From a virus, in the IMG/VR virus record IMGVR_UViG_3300023371_000434: a stretch of DNA of 21,838 bases; one strand, given 5' to 3'. This document shows, one piece after another, positions 1 to 8,615 of this stretch (positions are counted from its first letter, which is position 1; each line of letters starts with the position of its first letter). Position numbers and translations under genes: made by a program. The notes beneath the pieces were generated by a model that saw nothing but the letters and a program-made list of their open reading frames with translations, was not told the origin of the DNA and did not search any database.

Positions 1-336
1 CTTATTAGAAGCTATTTGTAAATATAAATATAAATTTACTTTGTCAGAAGCATCTTTTTTTACGATGTCATATATAATTTTACCGATTTTAACTTTAATG
101 TTTTCTGGCAAAATTCTATATGGAACTTTTATCTTTTTGTCTATTGTATATCCCAAAGAATCTGCAATTAAATTATCATTGTCTCTTACAGACATTAACT
201 CATAAGGTAATATCCCTTTCTTTTTCAATTCCTCGCCTATTTTTACTTTATTTTGGTTTCTAATAGGTTGAATTAATCCGTAAGTTATAAAACCATCATT
301 ATAAGTTTCATGCTTTAGTTTTTGTTTTTCATTCAT
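1..336 (-). CDS. Phage head-tail joining/head closure-like protein (C-terminus runs off the window)
   Basis: Open frame on minus strand from ATG at 336: MNEKQKLKHETYNDGFITYGLIQPIRNQNKVKIGEELKKKGILPYELMSVRDNDNLIADSLGYTIDKK...; position next to connector gene. Confidence 0.6.
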   Translation of the reverse strand, partial: MNEKQKLKHETYNDGFITYGLIQPIRNQNKVKIGEELKKKGILPYELMSVRDNDNLIADSLGYTIDKKIKVPYRILPENIKVKIGKIIYDIVKKDASDKVNLYLYLQIASNK

Positions 337-616
337 TAGTATCACCTTCATTAGTTTCTATTGCATATTTAAATTGTAAATTTTGAATTTCATTTAGGAA
401 ATTTTTTTCAAAATATTCTTTAGAAAAGTTTCTTACATATCTGCAATAATCTTTCAATAAACCTTTAGCTACTAAATCTTTATCGTAATTAATCTCAGTA
501 CCTACCTTTTCAGATAGGTACTGTTTTGCCTCTAGAATTAAATCGTTTATCTCTTTATCTTCATCATCCCAAGTAACGTGAATATATGGTTTTACCTCAT
601 ATAGTAATTTATCCAT
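329..616 (-). CDS. Phage gp6-like head-tail connector
   Basis: 95 aa; sequence character and synteny downstream of the capsid gene. Confidence 0.8.
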   Translation of the reverse strand: MDKLLYEVKPYIHVTWDDEDKEINDLILEAKQYLSEKVGTEINYDKDLVAKGLLKDYCRYVRNFSKEYFEKNFLNEIQNLQFKYAIETNEGDTNE

Positions 617-626
617 CTAATCACCT

Positions 627-1766
627 CTATACTTCTGCAGTTAATTCTACAGCCTCGATTCCAGAAATATCAACATTTAAGAATGAATTGTTATCAACAG
701 GGAAACCATTTCCATATAATTTTCCTAGGTAAACTCTTTCATCTTCTAAGAAACGATATTCATCAGATTCTTCTATTTTCTTTGTTGAACCTAATCCCAT
801 AAAATATTTAGGAGCTAGTCCAACAACTGCTTTTCCTTGTGCAACAGCAGGACATTGTATAACATCTGTTGGGAATGGTAATACATTATTTACATATGTT
901 CCATTTGCATTTAATATTGTAGTTGCAGGGAATATTTTTGTTAAATAATCTATTGGATTTACTACCATTAACATTTTAGTAACAACTCTTTTACCTCCAT
1001 TTGTTAATTTAGCTGCTAAAGCACCCATTGTTGCAGGTTTTAAATCAGTTATAGGAAGAGCTTCTTTTTCAGGATAAACACCTTCTACAACTGCTCCTTC
1101 TAAATCTCTGTTCATACCTATTGGTTGGTCTTTACCTGTTCCTGTTACTATTCCTTCTTCAAGTCCAAGGCTTAATGCTTCAACAATAAATCTTCTTATG
1201 AAAGAATCTAACCAAGCTGGTCCTAAATCTAAATGAGCTTTACAAATTGGTAAGAAAGCACTTAATTTGTATAAGTTAACAGGTTTTTTATCAAATCCAC
1301 TTTCTAATTCTTTTTTGATTTCATCAGTTAATTTTCCCCACCATGCTGGAGTTACATCACCAGTTCTAACTATAAATTCAACCATTCCAGTAACATTTTG
1401 AAAGTTTATTACTGAAAGTATTGGATGTTGTGCCTCTAAATCTTCAAATATTCTATCAATTGTAGTAGTTGGCATTACTGCGTCTATATCACTTATTGAT
1501 TGATTAGCTTTCATTGCTTCAGCTAATTTATTGTAATATGTCACTTCTTCTGATGTTAATAATTTAGCTCCTCTTGATGTCATTATCATATTGTCATTGT
1601 TTGTTTGTCTCATTGTTTTTGTCACTTCCATAGTTGTTTCTTGTGCTACATATTGCATTAATTCTGTTAATGCTTCTACTTGTTTTGCATTGTCTCCACT
1701 TTCTACAGCTTCTTTCATTTTTGTTTTTAATTCCTCATTTGTTAATTTTAAATCTAAATTTTCCAT
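627..1766 (-). CDS. HK97-fold phage major capsid protein
   Basis: 379 aa; N-terminal coiled delta-like region followed by typical HK97 MCP sequence; synteny protease-MCP-connector. Confidence 0.92.
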   Translation of the reverse strand: MENLDLKLTNEELKTKMKEAVESGDNAKQVEALTELMQYVAQETTMEVTKTMRQTNNDNMIMTSRGAKLLTSEEVTYYNKLAEAMKANQSISDIDAVMPTTTIDRIFEDLEAQHPILSVINFQNVTGMVEFIVRTGDVTPAWWGKLTDEIKKELESGFDKKPVNLYKLSAFLPICKAHLDLGPAWLDSFIRRFIVEALSLGLEEGIVTGTGKDQPIGMNRDLEGAVVEGVYPEKEALPITDLKPATMGALAAKLTNGGKRVVTKMLMVVNPIDYLTKIFPATTILNANGTYVNNVLPFPTDVIQCPAVAQGKAVVGLAPKYFMGLGSTKKIEESDEYRFLEDERVYLGKLYGNGFPVDNNSFLNVDISGIEAVELTAEV

Positions 1767-1782
1767 TTAAATTTCCTCCCTT

Positions 1783-2595
1783 TTATTTTAAAAATTTATT
1801 TAAAAAAGACACCATTAAGGTATCTTGTTTTTGAACTTTTTTATTTTCTTCTAGACTATTTAATAGTCCCTTTGGTTCTTCATTTGCTGAACCATTTAAC
1901 AGATTATCACTGATTTCTTTAGCTATTTTATTTACTGTTTCTTCACTAACATCAATAACGACTGTTTTTTCTTTTTCTTGTTGTTTTAGTTTGTTTACAA
2001 GTTTTAATAAACACATATTTGCATGTTGATTTATAGAACTATTTGTTTTTAATTCTATTATTTCATCTGCAAATCCCATTTCTATACATTCATCTGCAGT
2101 TAAATATGTTTCTTCATCAAGTAATTTATCAAGTTTATCTTCTGTTATATTAACCTTAGATAAATATGCTTCTTTATAAGCTACAGCAATTTTATCCATA
2201 TCATCAGCAGTCTTTCTTAATTCTTTTGAATTTCCAACTGTCCAAAGCCAGCAATTATGTATCATCATTAAAGCAGTCTTTGGCATATAAATTTTATTTC
2301 CTGCCATTGCTATTATTGAGGCTGATGAGGCTGCAATTCCATCTATATAAACATTAATTTGTGCTTTATGCTGTTTTAATAAGTTGTATATTGCTAAACC
2401 TTGAAAAGTTTCTCCTCCGTATGAATTAATGTGAATATTTATTTCTGATATTTCTCCTAAATTTTCTAATTCTTGTTTGAATCCCCATGCTGAAACATCT
2501 GATTCATCCCATTCATAAGATGTTATATATCCATAAATATATAAATCTACAACGCTGTCTGATTGTTTTTCAAAACTATAAAACTTTTTGTCCAT
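1783..2595 (-). CDS. ClpP-like prohead/head maturation protease
   Basis: 270 aa; INSYGGETFQGLAIYNLL, DGIAASSAS, KTALMMIHN motifs of ClpP-type serine proteases. Confidence 0.93.
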   Translation of the reverse strand: MDKKFYSFEKQSDSVVDLYIYGYITSYEWDESDVSAWGFKQELENLGEISEINIHINSYGGETFQGLAIYNLLKQHKAQINVYIDGIAASSASIIAMAGNKIYMPKTALMMIHNCWLWTVGNSKELRKTADDMDKIAVAYKEAYLSKVNITEDKLDKLLDEETYLTADECIEMGFADEIIELKTNSSINQHANMCLLKLVNKLKQQEKEKTVVIDVSEETVNKIAKEISDNLLNGSANEEPKGLLNSLEENKKVQKQDTLMVSFLNKFLK

Positions 2596-3710
2596 TACTT
2601 ACCTCCTTCCTGTTTTTGATAATTTTTGGTAATATAATGTGCATTAGCCCAATCTTCATCAATAAGTTCTTCTCCGATTGCTCTTAATAAGAAATTATGA
2701 GAAAATCCTATTCTTGTTAATACATCAAGGCTTCCAGCAACATCAAATATACTTATATGTTCAATTCTGCTAATATCTACCTTAATTTTTGAGCCTTTGC
2801 TATATGCTATTTCACCATATAATTTACGATTAATTTCATCTTCCAATAATTTTGCAACAGGTTTTACTGATAATGTTAATAAATTCTTTGTTTCCTCTTT
2901 GATTTCAGACAATTCTCCTTTGATAATTCCTTTTGGAATGTTAAAGGCAATTGCAACAATATCAAAAATTCCTTCGATTATTTTATTAACATCTTCAGAT
3001 GATGTCACGGATTTCTTTTCACTTTCAGTAAAATCAAATCCTTCTTCCATTGGTATAACCGCATTATCTGATGAAAAATAAGAACGAAACTTTGATCTTA
3101 TAGCTTCTTGTAGTTTTGCTTGGTCATCAAATTTTTGAGACCATGTTGTGTTTAATTTAACTTTTCCTCTTACACTTCTCGCTTTTCTATAATCATTCAT
3201 GCATTGAGTTATAAGTATTCCATAACTGTTGTATAATCCATCTAATAAGTTCTTTATCTTTGAATTATTTAACTTAAAATAAAAAACATCTTCCATGTAG
3301 TAAGTTTTGTTAAAAGTTAAGCCTCCAACACTTACATTTGTGAAAAATGTTTGATATAACGTTCTTTCGTTTTTAGAAAAAGAATCTGCAATGTAATACA
3401 TTCCATTTTCTTCTATAACTAACGCTTCATTGTCATAAAAAAGTTTCCATATTAATTCAGATTTAAATTCACTTGCATTTTGATTTTGATTTGGTTCAAC
3501 ATTGAACCTATAATAATTGTGTTTAAACACCTCTTTTTTATCTGTAAATGTTCTAATCTCTGAATTAGTTATTAATTTTGCTATTATATTTATTGCACTA
3601 GCTATTGCTAATTCTTTATAATATATTTCTTTAGCTACATCTTCAGCATAGCTGTTATAAAATGTATCATTTTTATTAAAAAATCTTCCAAAAACATCTT
3701 TTATGCCCAT
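2595..3710 (-). CDS. Phage portal protein (HK97 type)
   Basis: 371 aa; AFNIPKGIIKGE and overall portal pattern; synteny between TerL and protease. Confidence 0.92.
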   Translation of the reverse strand: MGIKDVFGRFFNKNDTFYNSYAEDVAKEIYYKELAIASAINIIAKLITNSEIRTFTDKKEVFKHNYYRFNVEPNQNQNASEFKSELIWKLFYDNEALVIEENGMYYIADSFSKNERTLYQTFFTNVSVGGLTFNKTYYMEDVFYFKLNNSKIKNLLDGLYNSYGILITQCMNDYRKARSVRGKVKLNTTWSQKFDDQAKLQEAIRSKFRSYFSSDNAVIPMEEGFDFTESEKKSVTSSEDVNKIIEGIFDIVAIAFNIPKGIIKGELSEIKEETKNLLTLSVKPVAKLLEDEINRKLYGEIAYSKGSKIKVDISRIEHISIFDVAGSLDVLTRIGFSHNFLLRAIGEELIDEDWANAHYITKNYQKQEGGK

Positions 3711-3725
3711 TTTCTTATTTCCTTT

Positions 3726-5381
3726 CTAAAAATCTATTGAATCAAATATTTGTGCATTCTCATTAATAACTGTTAATTCTTCTGATACTGTCATAGATGC
3801 AACAAATGCCATAAATCCATCTGTTTTTCTTGATTTTGGCTCTATTTTTCCAAACACTTTAGTGTTGTTCTGCCAAGGTACTAATTTTGTATTGTTTGTA
3901 AACCAACGCATTAAAGGATTGTCTCCCCATGCAATATTTTGATTTACAAATATGCTCTCAATAACAGGCTGTATTTTTGCAATATCGCTTGGTCTAACTA
4001 GCTTAACCTGTTCCTTATTCTTAGCATCAAACCCTATTTCGTTCATTTCCTTGCTTATTAACGCATATCTAAAATTATCAACTGCTATTTTCTTTATATT
4101 GTATATCCTGCCTTTTTCACTTATCCAATCAAATATTAGTTTAGGCTTTATTTCTACATCATCAACTTCCGTTAATAAACCTCTTGTTTGCCAATCTTTC
4201 AGTGGTGCTTGTATTCTTTTTTTATCTTTACTGTTTTTACAAAACCAAGAATGCGTAATTCCATAATATTTATTATCTTTTTTAAACAATAAAAATACAG
4301 ATGCAAAATCTGATAAACTTGCATAATCTATACCACAAACACATGACTGTCTTTCTAAATTAATTATTTCTTTGTTGGTTTTTTCAATTAAAGACCATTC
4401 TACAGCAACCTCTTCTTCTTTCTGCTCTGGCAAATTCATCCTTTTTGTCATAAATTCAGATATTTTACTTGGAAATAGTTTCATTTCCTCATAGTCTGTT
4501 TTTATTTCATTAAATAAATCTGGCATATATTCTAAAGATGGATTAGCTTTTATCCATTTTTTCTCATCATCTGCTTCCTCTTTTTTGTCTATCCTACATA
4601 AAAACGGATAATATCTAACTGTATTAGGCATTCCATTAAGTATTTTTTCACAAACATTTAATAATTCATCTAAAGGTCCACCTCTTACATATCCATTTGT
4701 TGTAATTATAAATATTCTTGCGTGTTTTACTTTACCTAAACCACTTTGAAATACTTTTATTTGTCCATCATTTTCATAAGCATGATATTCATTAAATAAT
4801 ATTGCACCATCTTTTTTACCATCTTTTGTTTTTGCATTAGATGTATTAAATCTGTAAAATCCTTTAGTTTTTTTATCTATAATTATTTCTTTGTTCCAAT
4901 AAAAATATTTTTCAAATTTTTTCTTGTTGTTTTCTAACATATCATAAACAACATTGAATGTATCTTGCGATTGTTCTTCTGAAGTAGCCACAATATCAAT
5001 GCTGTATTTAGGCACTCCATACAACCTAGATTGTAAAAAGTTCATTAAAGGAGACATCATTCCGTCTTTTCCGTTACCTCTTCCCATCAAGATTACAAAA
5101 GTTTTAAAGACTGGAATGTCATCTTTATACATAAAAACAAATGCATATATAAACTTTTGATATGGAAACAATTTGTAATACCATCTTTCACAATACGAAA
5201 TACATTTATAATATGTTTCACTATCAAAAAAAACATCCTCCCTTTTTAATAAAGGTTCTACGATGTTTTTTATAAGCAATTTTCTATCTTCATTTATTTT
5301 TTCTGGATTTTCTTTGCAATATTTTAAATAATCATCTATTTCCTTACAATAAATCATCCCCTTCATCTCCACCACCTTCAT
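3726..5381 (-). CDS. Phage terminase large subunit
   Basis: 551 aa; GRGNGKDG Walker A-like motif, ATSEEQSQ, LFNEYHAYEN, CGIDYASLSD nuclease motif. Confidence 0.95.
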   Translation of the reverse strand: MKVVEMKGMIYCKEIDDYLKYCKENPEKINEDRKLLIKNIVEPLLKREDVFFDSETYYKCISYCERWYYKLFPYQKFIYAFVFMYKDDIPVFKTFVILMGRGNGKDGMMSPLMNFLQSRLYGVPKYSIDIVATSEEQSQDTFNVVYDMLENNKKKFEKYFYWNKEIIIDKKTKGFYRFNTSNAKTKDGKKDGAILFNEYHAYENDGQIKVFQSGLGKVKHARIFIITTNGYVRGGPLDELLNVCEKILNGMPNTVRYYPFLCRIDKKEEADDEKKWIKANPSLEYMPDLFNEIKTDYEEMKLFPSKISEFMTKRMNLPEQKEEEVAVEWSLIEKTNKEIINLERQSCVCGIDYASLSDFASVFLLFKKDNKYYGITHSWFCKNSKDKKRIQAPLKDWQTRGLLTEVDDVEIKPKLIFDWISEKGRIYNIKKIAVDNFRYALISKEMNEIGFDAKNKEQVKLVRPSDIAKIQPVIESIFVNQNIAWGDNPLMRWFTNNTKLVPWQNNTKVFGKIEPKSRKTDGFMAFVASMTVSEELTVINENAQIFDSIDF

Positions 5382-5805
5382 CTGGTGCTTTCAAATCTAA
5401 GTCTTGTAAAATCTTTAGCATCTGTGCATTCGTTTTTAATAATCTTTCACAGCTTTCATTAGGCTTATATGTTGTAAACCCATTTCCACCTGTTGATTTA
5501 TATCTTATTCCATTATCGTTTATGTCTTTTTTTAATCTTTCTTTTAAATCTACTAAATATAAATAATCTTCTATCATATCATCAAAGTGTTTTCCGAATT
5601 TTCCTTGCGAAATAAGTTGTGCTTGTAGATCCTCTTTTATAGCATTCTTCTTATCTGATGTGTTTTTTTCAAATTCTTCCTCTTTTTTTCTACTAGGTTT
5701 TTTTGTTGATTTGGTTGCCATTTTCCTACCCCCTTTATACGCGTGAAAGTCATTTTTCTTTTGTCGTGAACCCTCCCCGTTCGAGAGCTTGTGAATTTTA
5801 GCCAA
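5344..5805 (-). CDS. Phage terminase small subunit (P27-like); true start may be the internal MATKSTKK Met
   Basis: 153 aa; directly upstream of TerL; YLVDLKERLKKDI...NESCERLLKTNAQMLKILQDLDL pattern. Confidence 0.75.
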   Translation of the reverse strand: MAKIHKLSNGEGSRQKKNDFHAYKGGRKMATKSTKKPSRKKEEEFEKNTSDKKNAIKEDLQAQLISQGKFGKHFDDMIEDYLYLVDLKERLKKDINDNGIRYKSTGGNGFTTYKPNESCERLLKTNAQMLKILQDLDLKAPDEGGGDEGDDLL

Positions 5806-5825
5806 AACTTTTTAAGGGGGGCTTT

Positions 5826-6272
5826 CTATTTATCAAGATTATACTTTTCTGCTACTTTTATAACAGTATCAACAGTATCTTTATCAAACCTTATGTTATT
5901 TCTACTACATCTTATATCTATTATTGAATATGTATCCGCTTCTTTTAGTTTTCTCTTTAAATCATCTATTGTATATCTTTTACCACAACATACTGTTAAT
6001 GATGCGTAAAGTATTCCTTCATAATAGTTCTTCATTAATAGTTTAAACTTCTTTGATATTTCTTTTTCTTCATAAGTTTTATCTTCTTTATCTGTTATTG
6101 CTATTAAATCTGATATTCTATACTCCTTATCAAATACTTTAACTACAACATCATTTATTGTTTCCGCTTCTGTATTTACTTCATTAACATCTAATTCTTT
6201 TGATATTTCTTCTGTCTTTTCCTCTGCTTCTTTTATTTCTTCTTCTATCTTCTTTGCTCTTGCCATTACCAT
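5826..6272 (-). CDS. Hypothetical phage protein
   Basis: 148 aa ORF between HNH and TerS; no recognised domain. Confidence 0.6.
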   Translation of the reverse strand: MVMARAKKIEEEIKEAEEKTEEISKELDVNEVNTEAETINDVVVKVFDKEYRISDLIAITDKEDKTYEEKEISKKFKLLMKNYYEGILYASLTVCCGKRYTIDDLKRKLKEADTYSIIDIRCSRNNIRFDKDTVDTVIKVAEKYNLDK

Positions 6273-6604
6273 CTCTCCTCATTAACAAATTTCTTTTTAT
6301 GTTTTATATTTTTAAATGGATTTTTATTATCAAGTATATTATGATGATGTACACATACTGTCATTAAATTATCTTTTACATATGTTAGCTCTGGATATTG
6401 TTCTATCTCTTTTATATGATGAACGTCTAGTTTCTTATTATGTTCCTTGATTGTTAGCTTGCCTTCTCTTTTGCATTCTTGACATTCGTAATTATCTCTT
6501 TTTAATATTTCTTTGCTTAAATAATCTTTCCAATATGGGTCATCATATATCTTTTTCTTTTTTCCGCTTCTAATTAATTCCCTTATCTGCTCTACTGTGT
6601 ACAT
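6266..6604 (-). CDS. HNH endonuclease
   Basis: 112 aa; YECQECKREG...LDVHHIKEI...NLMTVCVHHHN; usual position upstream of terS. Confidence 0.92.
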   Translation of the reverse strand: MYTVEQIRELIRSGKKKKIYDDPYWKDYLSKEILKRDNYECQECKREGKLTIKEHNKKLDVHHIKEIEQYPELTYVKDNLMTVCVHHHNILDNKNPFKNIKHKKKFVNEERW

Positions 6605-6607
6605 TTT

Positions 6608-6838
6608 TTATTCTTCTATTCTCTCTATTATTTCAAAGAAACCTGCTCTAAACCAAAAGTCATCTATTCCTACAAATTTTAAACAGTCCATTCTTTCATC
6701 ATCGCATGGACAATCTACTATATCTTCAACTATTAACTCTTTATCTTTTAATCTTTCTTTATAGTTAAATATTTTAGTTATATTAAGTTCTTCCGCTTCC
6801 TTTTTGAATATAACTTTATCTCCTATTCTCTTTTTCAC
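6608..6838 (-). CDS. Hypothetical phage protein (GTG start)
   Basis: 76 aa ORF in the terminase operon. Confidence 0.55.
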   Translation of the reverse strand: MKKRIGDKVIFKKEAEELNITKIFNYKERLKDKELIVEDIVDCPCDDERMDCLKFVGIDDFWFRAGFFEIIERIEE

Positions 6839-7038
6839 TTTTCTTTGTTCCTTTCTTTACCTCGCTTTTCTCTTTTTGAGGTTTAACTTCTTTTACTTCC
6901 TCCGCATAAGCTTGTCCTTTAAACTTTGCGTTAATGATTTCTTTGCCTCGCTTTTCTGAAACTTCGTAAATATCTCCGTTTCTTAATATCTTTATTTAAT
7001 TGTTTATCTTTATAATCTATTAATGCTTTAATCTTCAT
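6816..7038 (-). CDS. Small phage protein needing a +1 frameshift at CGGA (6975-6978); absent from the ORF track
   Basis: SD GGAGG before ATG 7038. Reads MKIKALIDYKDKQLNKDIKK-[C]GGA-DIYEVSEKRGKEIINAKFKGQAYAEEVKEVKPQKEKSEVKKGTKKSEKENRR*. Confidence 0.7.
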
Positions 7039-7309
7039 CTTCTTTTCCTCCCTTATTAAAGTTATTGCATATTTTATATATATTGTTTTGTTTGTCTATT
7101 TCTGTTTTTACTTTCCCTTTACATTTATGAATACACTCACAGCAAGAATTGTTTTTATTTAAACGCAATTTATTTCCACAGTGACTGCATTTATATACAT
7201 TACTCATGCTCTCTGATTTAATTAATATATAGTTATGCTCACATCCGAAACATTTGGTTTGTTCTGGACAATCTTTGCATTGAAATCTGAGACATAATTC
7301 TTTAACCAT
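7028..7309 (-). CDS. Cys-rich (zinc-ribbon-like) small protein
   Basis: 93 aa with several CxxC motifs (CKDC, CFGC, CSHCG, CCEC). Confidence 0.6.
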   Translation of the reverse strand: MVKELCLRFQCKDCPEQTKCFGCEHNYILIKSESMSNVYKCSHCGNKLRLNKNNSCCECIHKCKGKVKTEIDKQNNIYKICNNFNKGGKEDED

Positions 7310-7440
7310 TTTTCCTTTTCCTTTGTTTTATTTATATACACTATGTAATGATATAAAGTAGCCCAATTCTACTTATGGTGCTCTTTATTGTTTTTTGTCC
7401 GTTTAGGTTGCAGGTCGCACTTCAAACCATAACTTAATAT

Positions 7441-7825
7441 GTAAAAACCGTTAATTAGTTTATTCTATATCACTACATACTATATACACTACGCAAAATG
7501 CACATATAACAATATTTATAGAGCAGTCATATTGTTATAATTGAGTACATTCTGCGTACTATATACAAGTGTTAACTAGAATACACTTAAGGGCTAAATT
7601 TAACAATTTTTGAAAGGAGGTAATCCCAAAAGGAATTACAGGATTTATATTAACCTTATCTAGTATTGGATAATAACTTTATATTTGGGTGGGTCGGCAC
7701 CCCTACATCTCTTGTAAGACCCAATTGAATTACAGATAACTGACCTGCTGTAAACAGTGGCATTTCGCCAACATTCAGCTATTTCAATTTAGGTGTGATA
7801 GCTACCTTTCTATCCTCCAAATAAA
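7441..7825 (-). ncRNA. Candidate structured noncoding RNA/regulatory region; minus strand slightly favoured
   Basis: No convincing ORF; many nested inverted repeats; one stem (7736-7743/7775-7782) has a G.U pair on the minus strand but an A.C mismatch on plus. Confidence 0.35.
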
Positions 7826-7852
7826 AAGCACCCACAAAAGCGGGTGCTTCCT
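7825..7852 (-). terminator. Rho-independent terminator after the 42-aa zinc-motif ORF
   Basis: Minus strand AAGCACCC-GCTTTTGT-GGGTGCTT followed by TTTATTT. Confidence 0.8.
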
Positions 7853-7860
7853 TTAGGATT

Positions 7861-7989
7861 TTATTTGCTTACATAACCTGTACCTGCGCAATAGCCACAT
7901 GTGTCGCCGTCATCATCAACTCCTGTACCGTCGCAATCGGGGCACTCAACGAGTTCATCGGGTCCCAAGTAATCATAATCGTCAGACAT
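7861..7989 (-). CDS. 42-aa DnaJ-zinc-finger-like microprotein (absent from the ORF track)
   Basis: MSDDYDYLGPDELVECPDCDGTGVDDDGDTCGYCAGTGYVSK*; SD AAAGGAG; own promoter and terminator. Confidence 0.8.
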   Translation of the reverse strand: MSDDYDYLGPDELVECPDCDGTGVDDDGDTCGYCAGTGYVSK

Positions 7990-8038
7990 GATGGATGCTC
8001 CTTTCGTTATAAATTAACCAATTGGTTTTGGCATCCAT

Positions 8039-8067
8039 ATTTTATCATTTTATGTATACTTTGTCAA
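8039..8067 (-). promoter_or_regulatory. Sigma70-type promoter for the 42-aa ORF
   Basis: TTGACA (8062-8067), 17-nt spacer, TAAAAT (8039-8044). Confidence 0.75.
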
Positions 8068-8075
8068 CAAAAATA

Positions 8076-8101
8076 GAGACAAACTGTTTCCAATTTGTCT
8101 C
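8076..8101 (-). terminator. Hairpin terminator downstream of the ribbon-helix-helix gene
   Basis: GAGACAAA-TTGGAAACAG-TTTGTCTC followed by TATTTTTG on minus strand. Confidence 0.65.
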
Positions 8102-8202
8102 CGCAAAACTTTATTACTACATCTATCGATGCATATTTGTTTTTCTCCCTACTATCATAATAACACGAAAAACTAATTCGTACTCGTACTTTTTTCGTAC
8201 CT

Positions 8203-8397
8203 TTATAAATTTTTTTCATTTTCTCCATAAAGATACTTCAATATAGCGTCATGTACAAGCCCTGTAAAGGTTTTGTTTTCTGCTTTTAATTTAACATCTA
8301 ATTCTTCCCATAATTCTTTATCTATTTTTACTAATCTACTTGTTTTAGTTTCTTTTTCTTTTTCCCATTCTTTTTTATAATCTCTTTTCACTTCCAT
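8203..8397 (-). CDS. Ribbon-helix-helix-like DNA-binding protein
   Basis: 64 aa; SRLVKIDKELWEELDVKLKAENKTFTGLVHDAILKYL pattern. Confidence 0.65.
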   Translation of the reverse strand: MEVKRDYKKEWEKEKETKTSRLVKIDKELWEELDVKLKAENKTFTGLVHDAILKYLYGENEKNL

Positions 8398-8448
8398 ACA
8401 AAAGCCTCCTTGCTTTTTTTATATTATTATATTATAATTATATTTGCA

Positions 8449-8466
8449 AGAGGGCTTTCGCCCTCT
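8449..8466 (-). terminator. Hairpin after the 39-aa ORF (weak U-tract)
   Basis: Minus strand AGAGGGC-GAAA-GCCCTCT, GNRA-type tetraloop. Confidence 0.4.
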
Positions 8467-8470
8467 CGGT

Positions 8471-8590
8471 TTATTCAAAGTCTTGTAAGATTAGTTTAAT
8501 CTGTTCTCGATTATGCTGTTCTCTTACTTGTCTTTGTTTTTGTGCTTGTCTATGTGCTAGATAGATAAGCACTTTTTTTATTAGTTTCAT
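8471..8590 (-). CDS. 39-aa basic microprotein (absent from the ORF track)
   Basis: MKLIKKVLIYLAHRQAQKQRQVREQHNREQIKLILQDFE*; preceded by GTGAGGTGAGGG and a consensus promoter. Confidence 0.55.
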   Translation of the reverse strand: MKLIKKVLIYLAHRQAQKQRQVREQHNREQIKLILQDFE

Positions 8591-8615
8591 TTCCCTCACC
8601 TCACTTTCTGTATAT

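Noticed and set aside
1634-1834. Plus-strand ORFs inside minus-strand genes (also 2166..2357, 2487..2687, 2797..3081, 3952..4266, 4954..5160, 5791..6009, 9117..9702, 10334..10678, 12929..13549, 16436..16660, 17505..17735)
   Set aside because: Low-complexity Leu/Phe/Ile/Ser-rich translations antisense to well-supported genes; typical AT-rich shadow ORFs.
8022-8246. Plus-strand 74-aa ORF
   Set aside because: Overlaps a promoter and terminator hairpin on the other strand; low-complexity Phe/Tyr-rich peptide without a convincing RBS.
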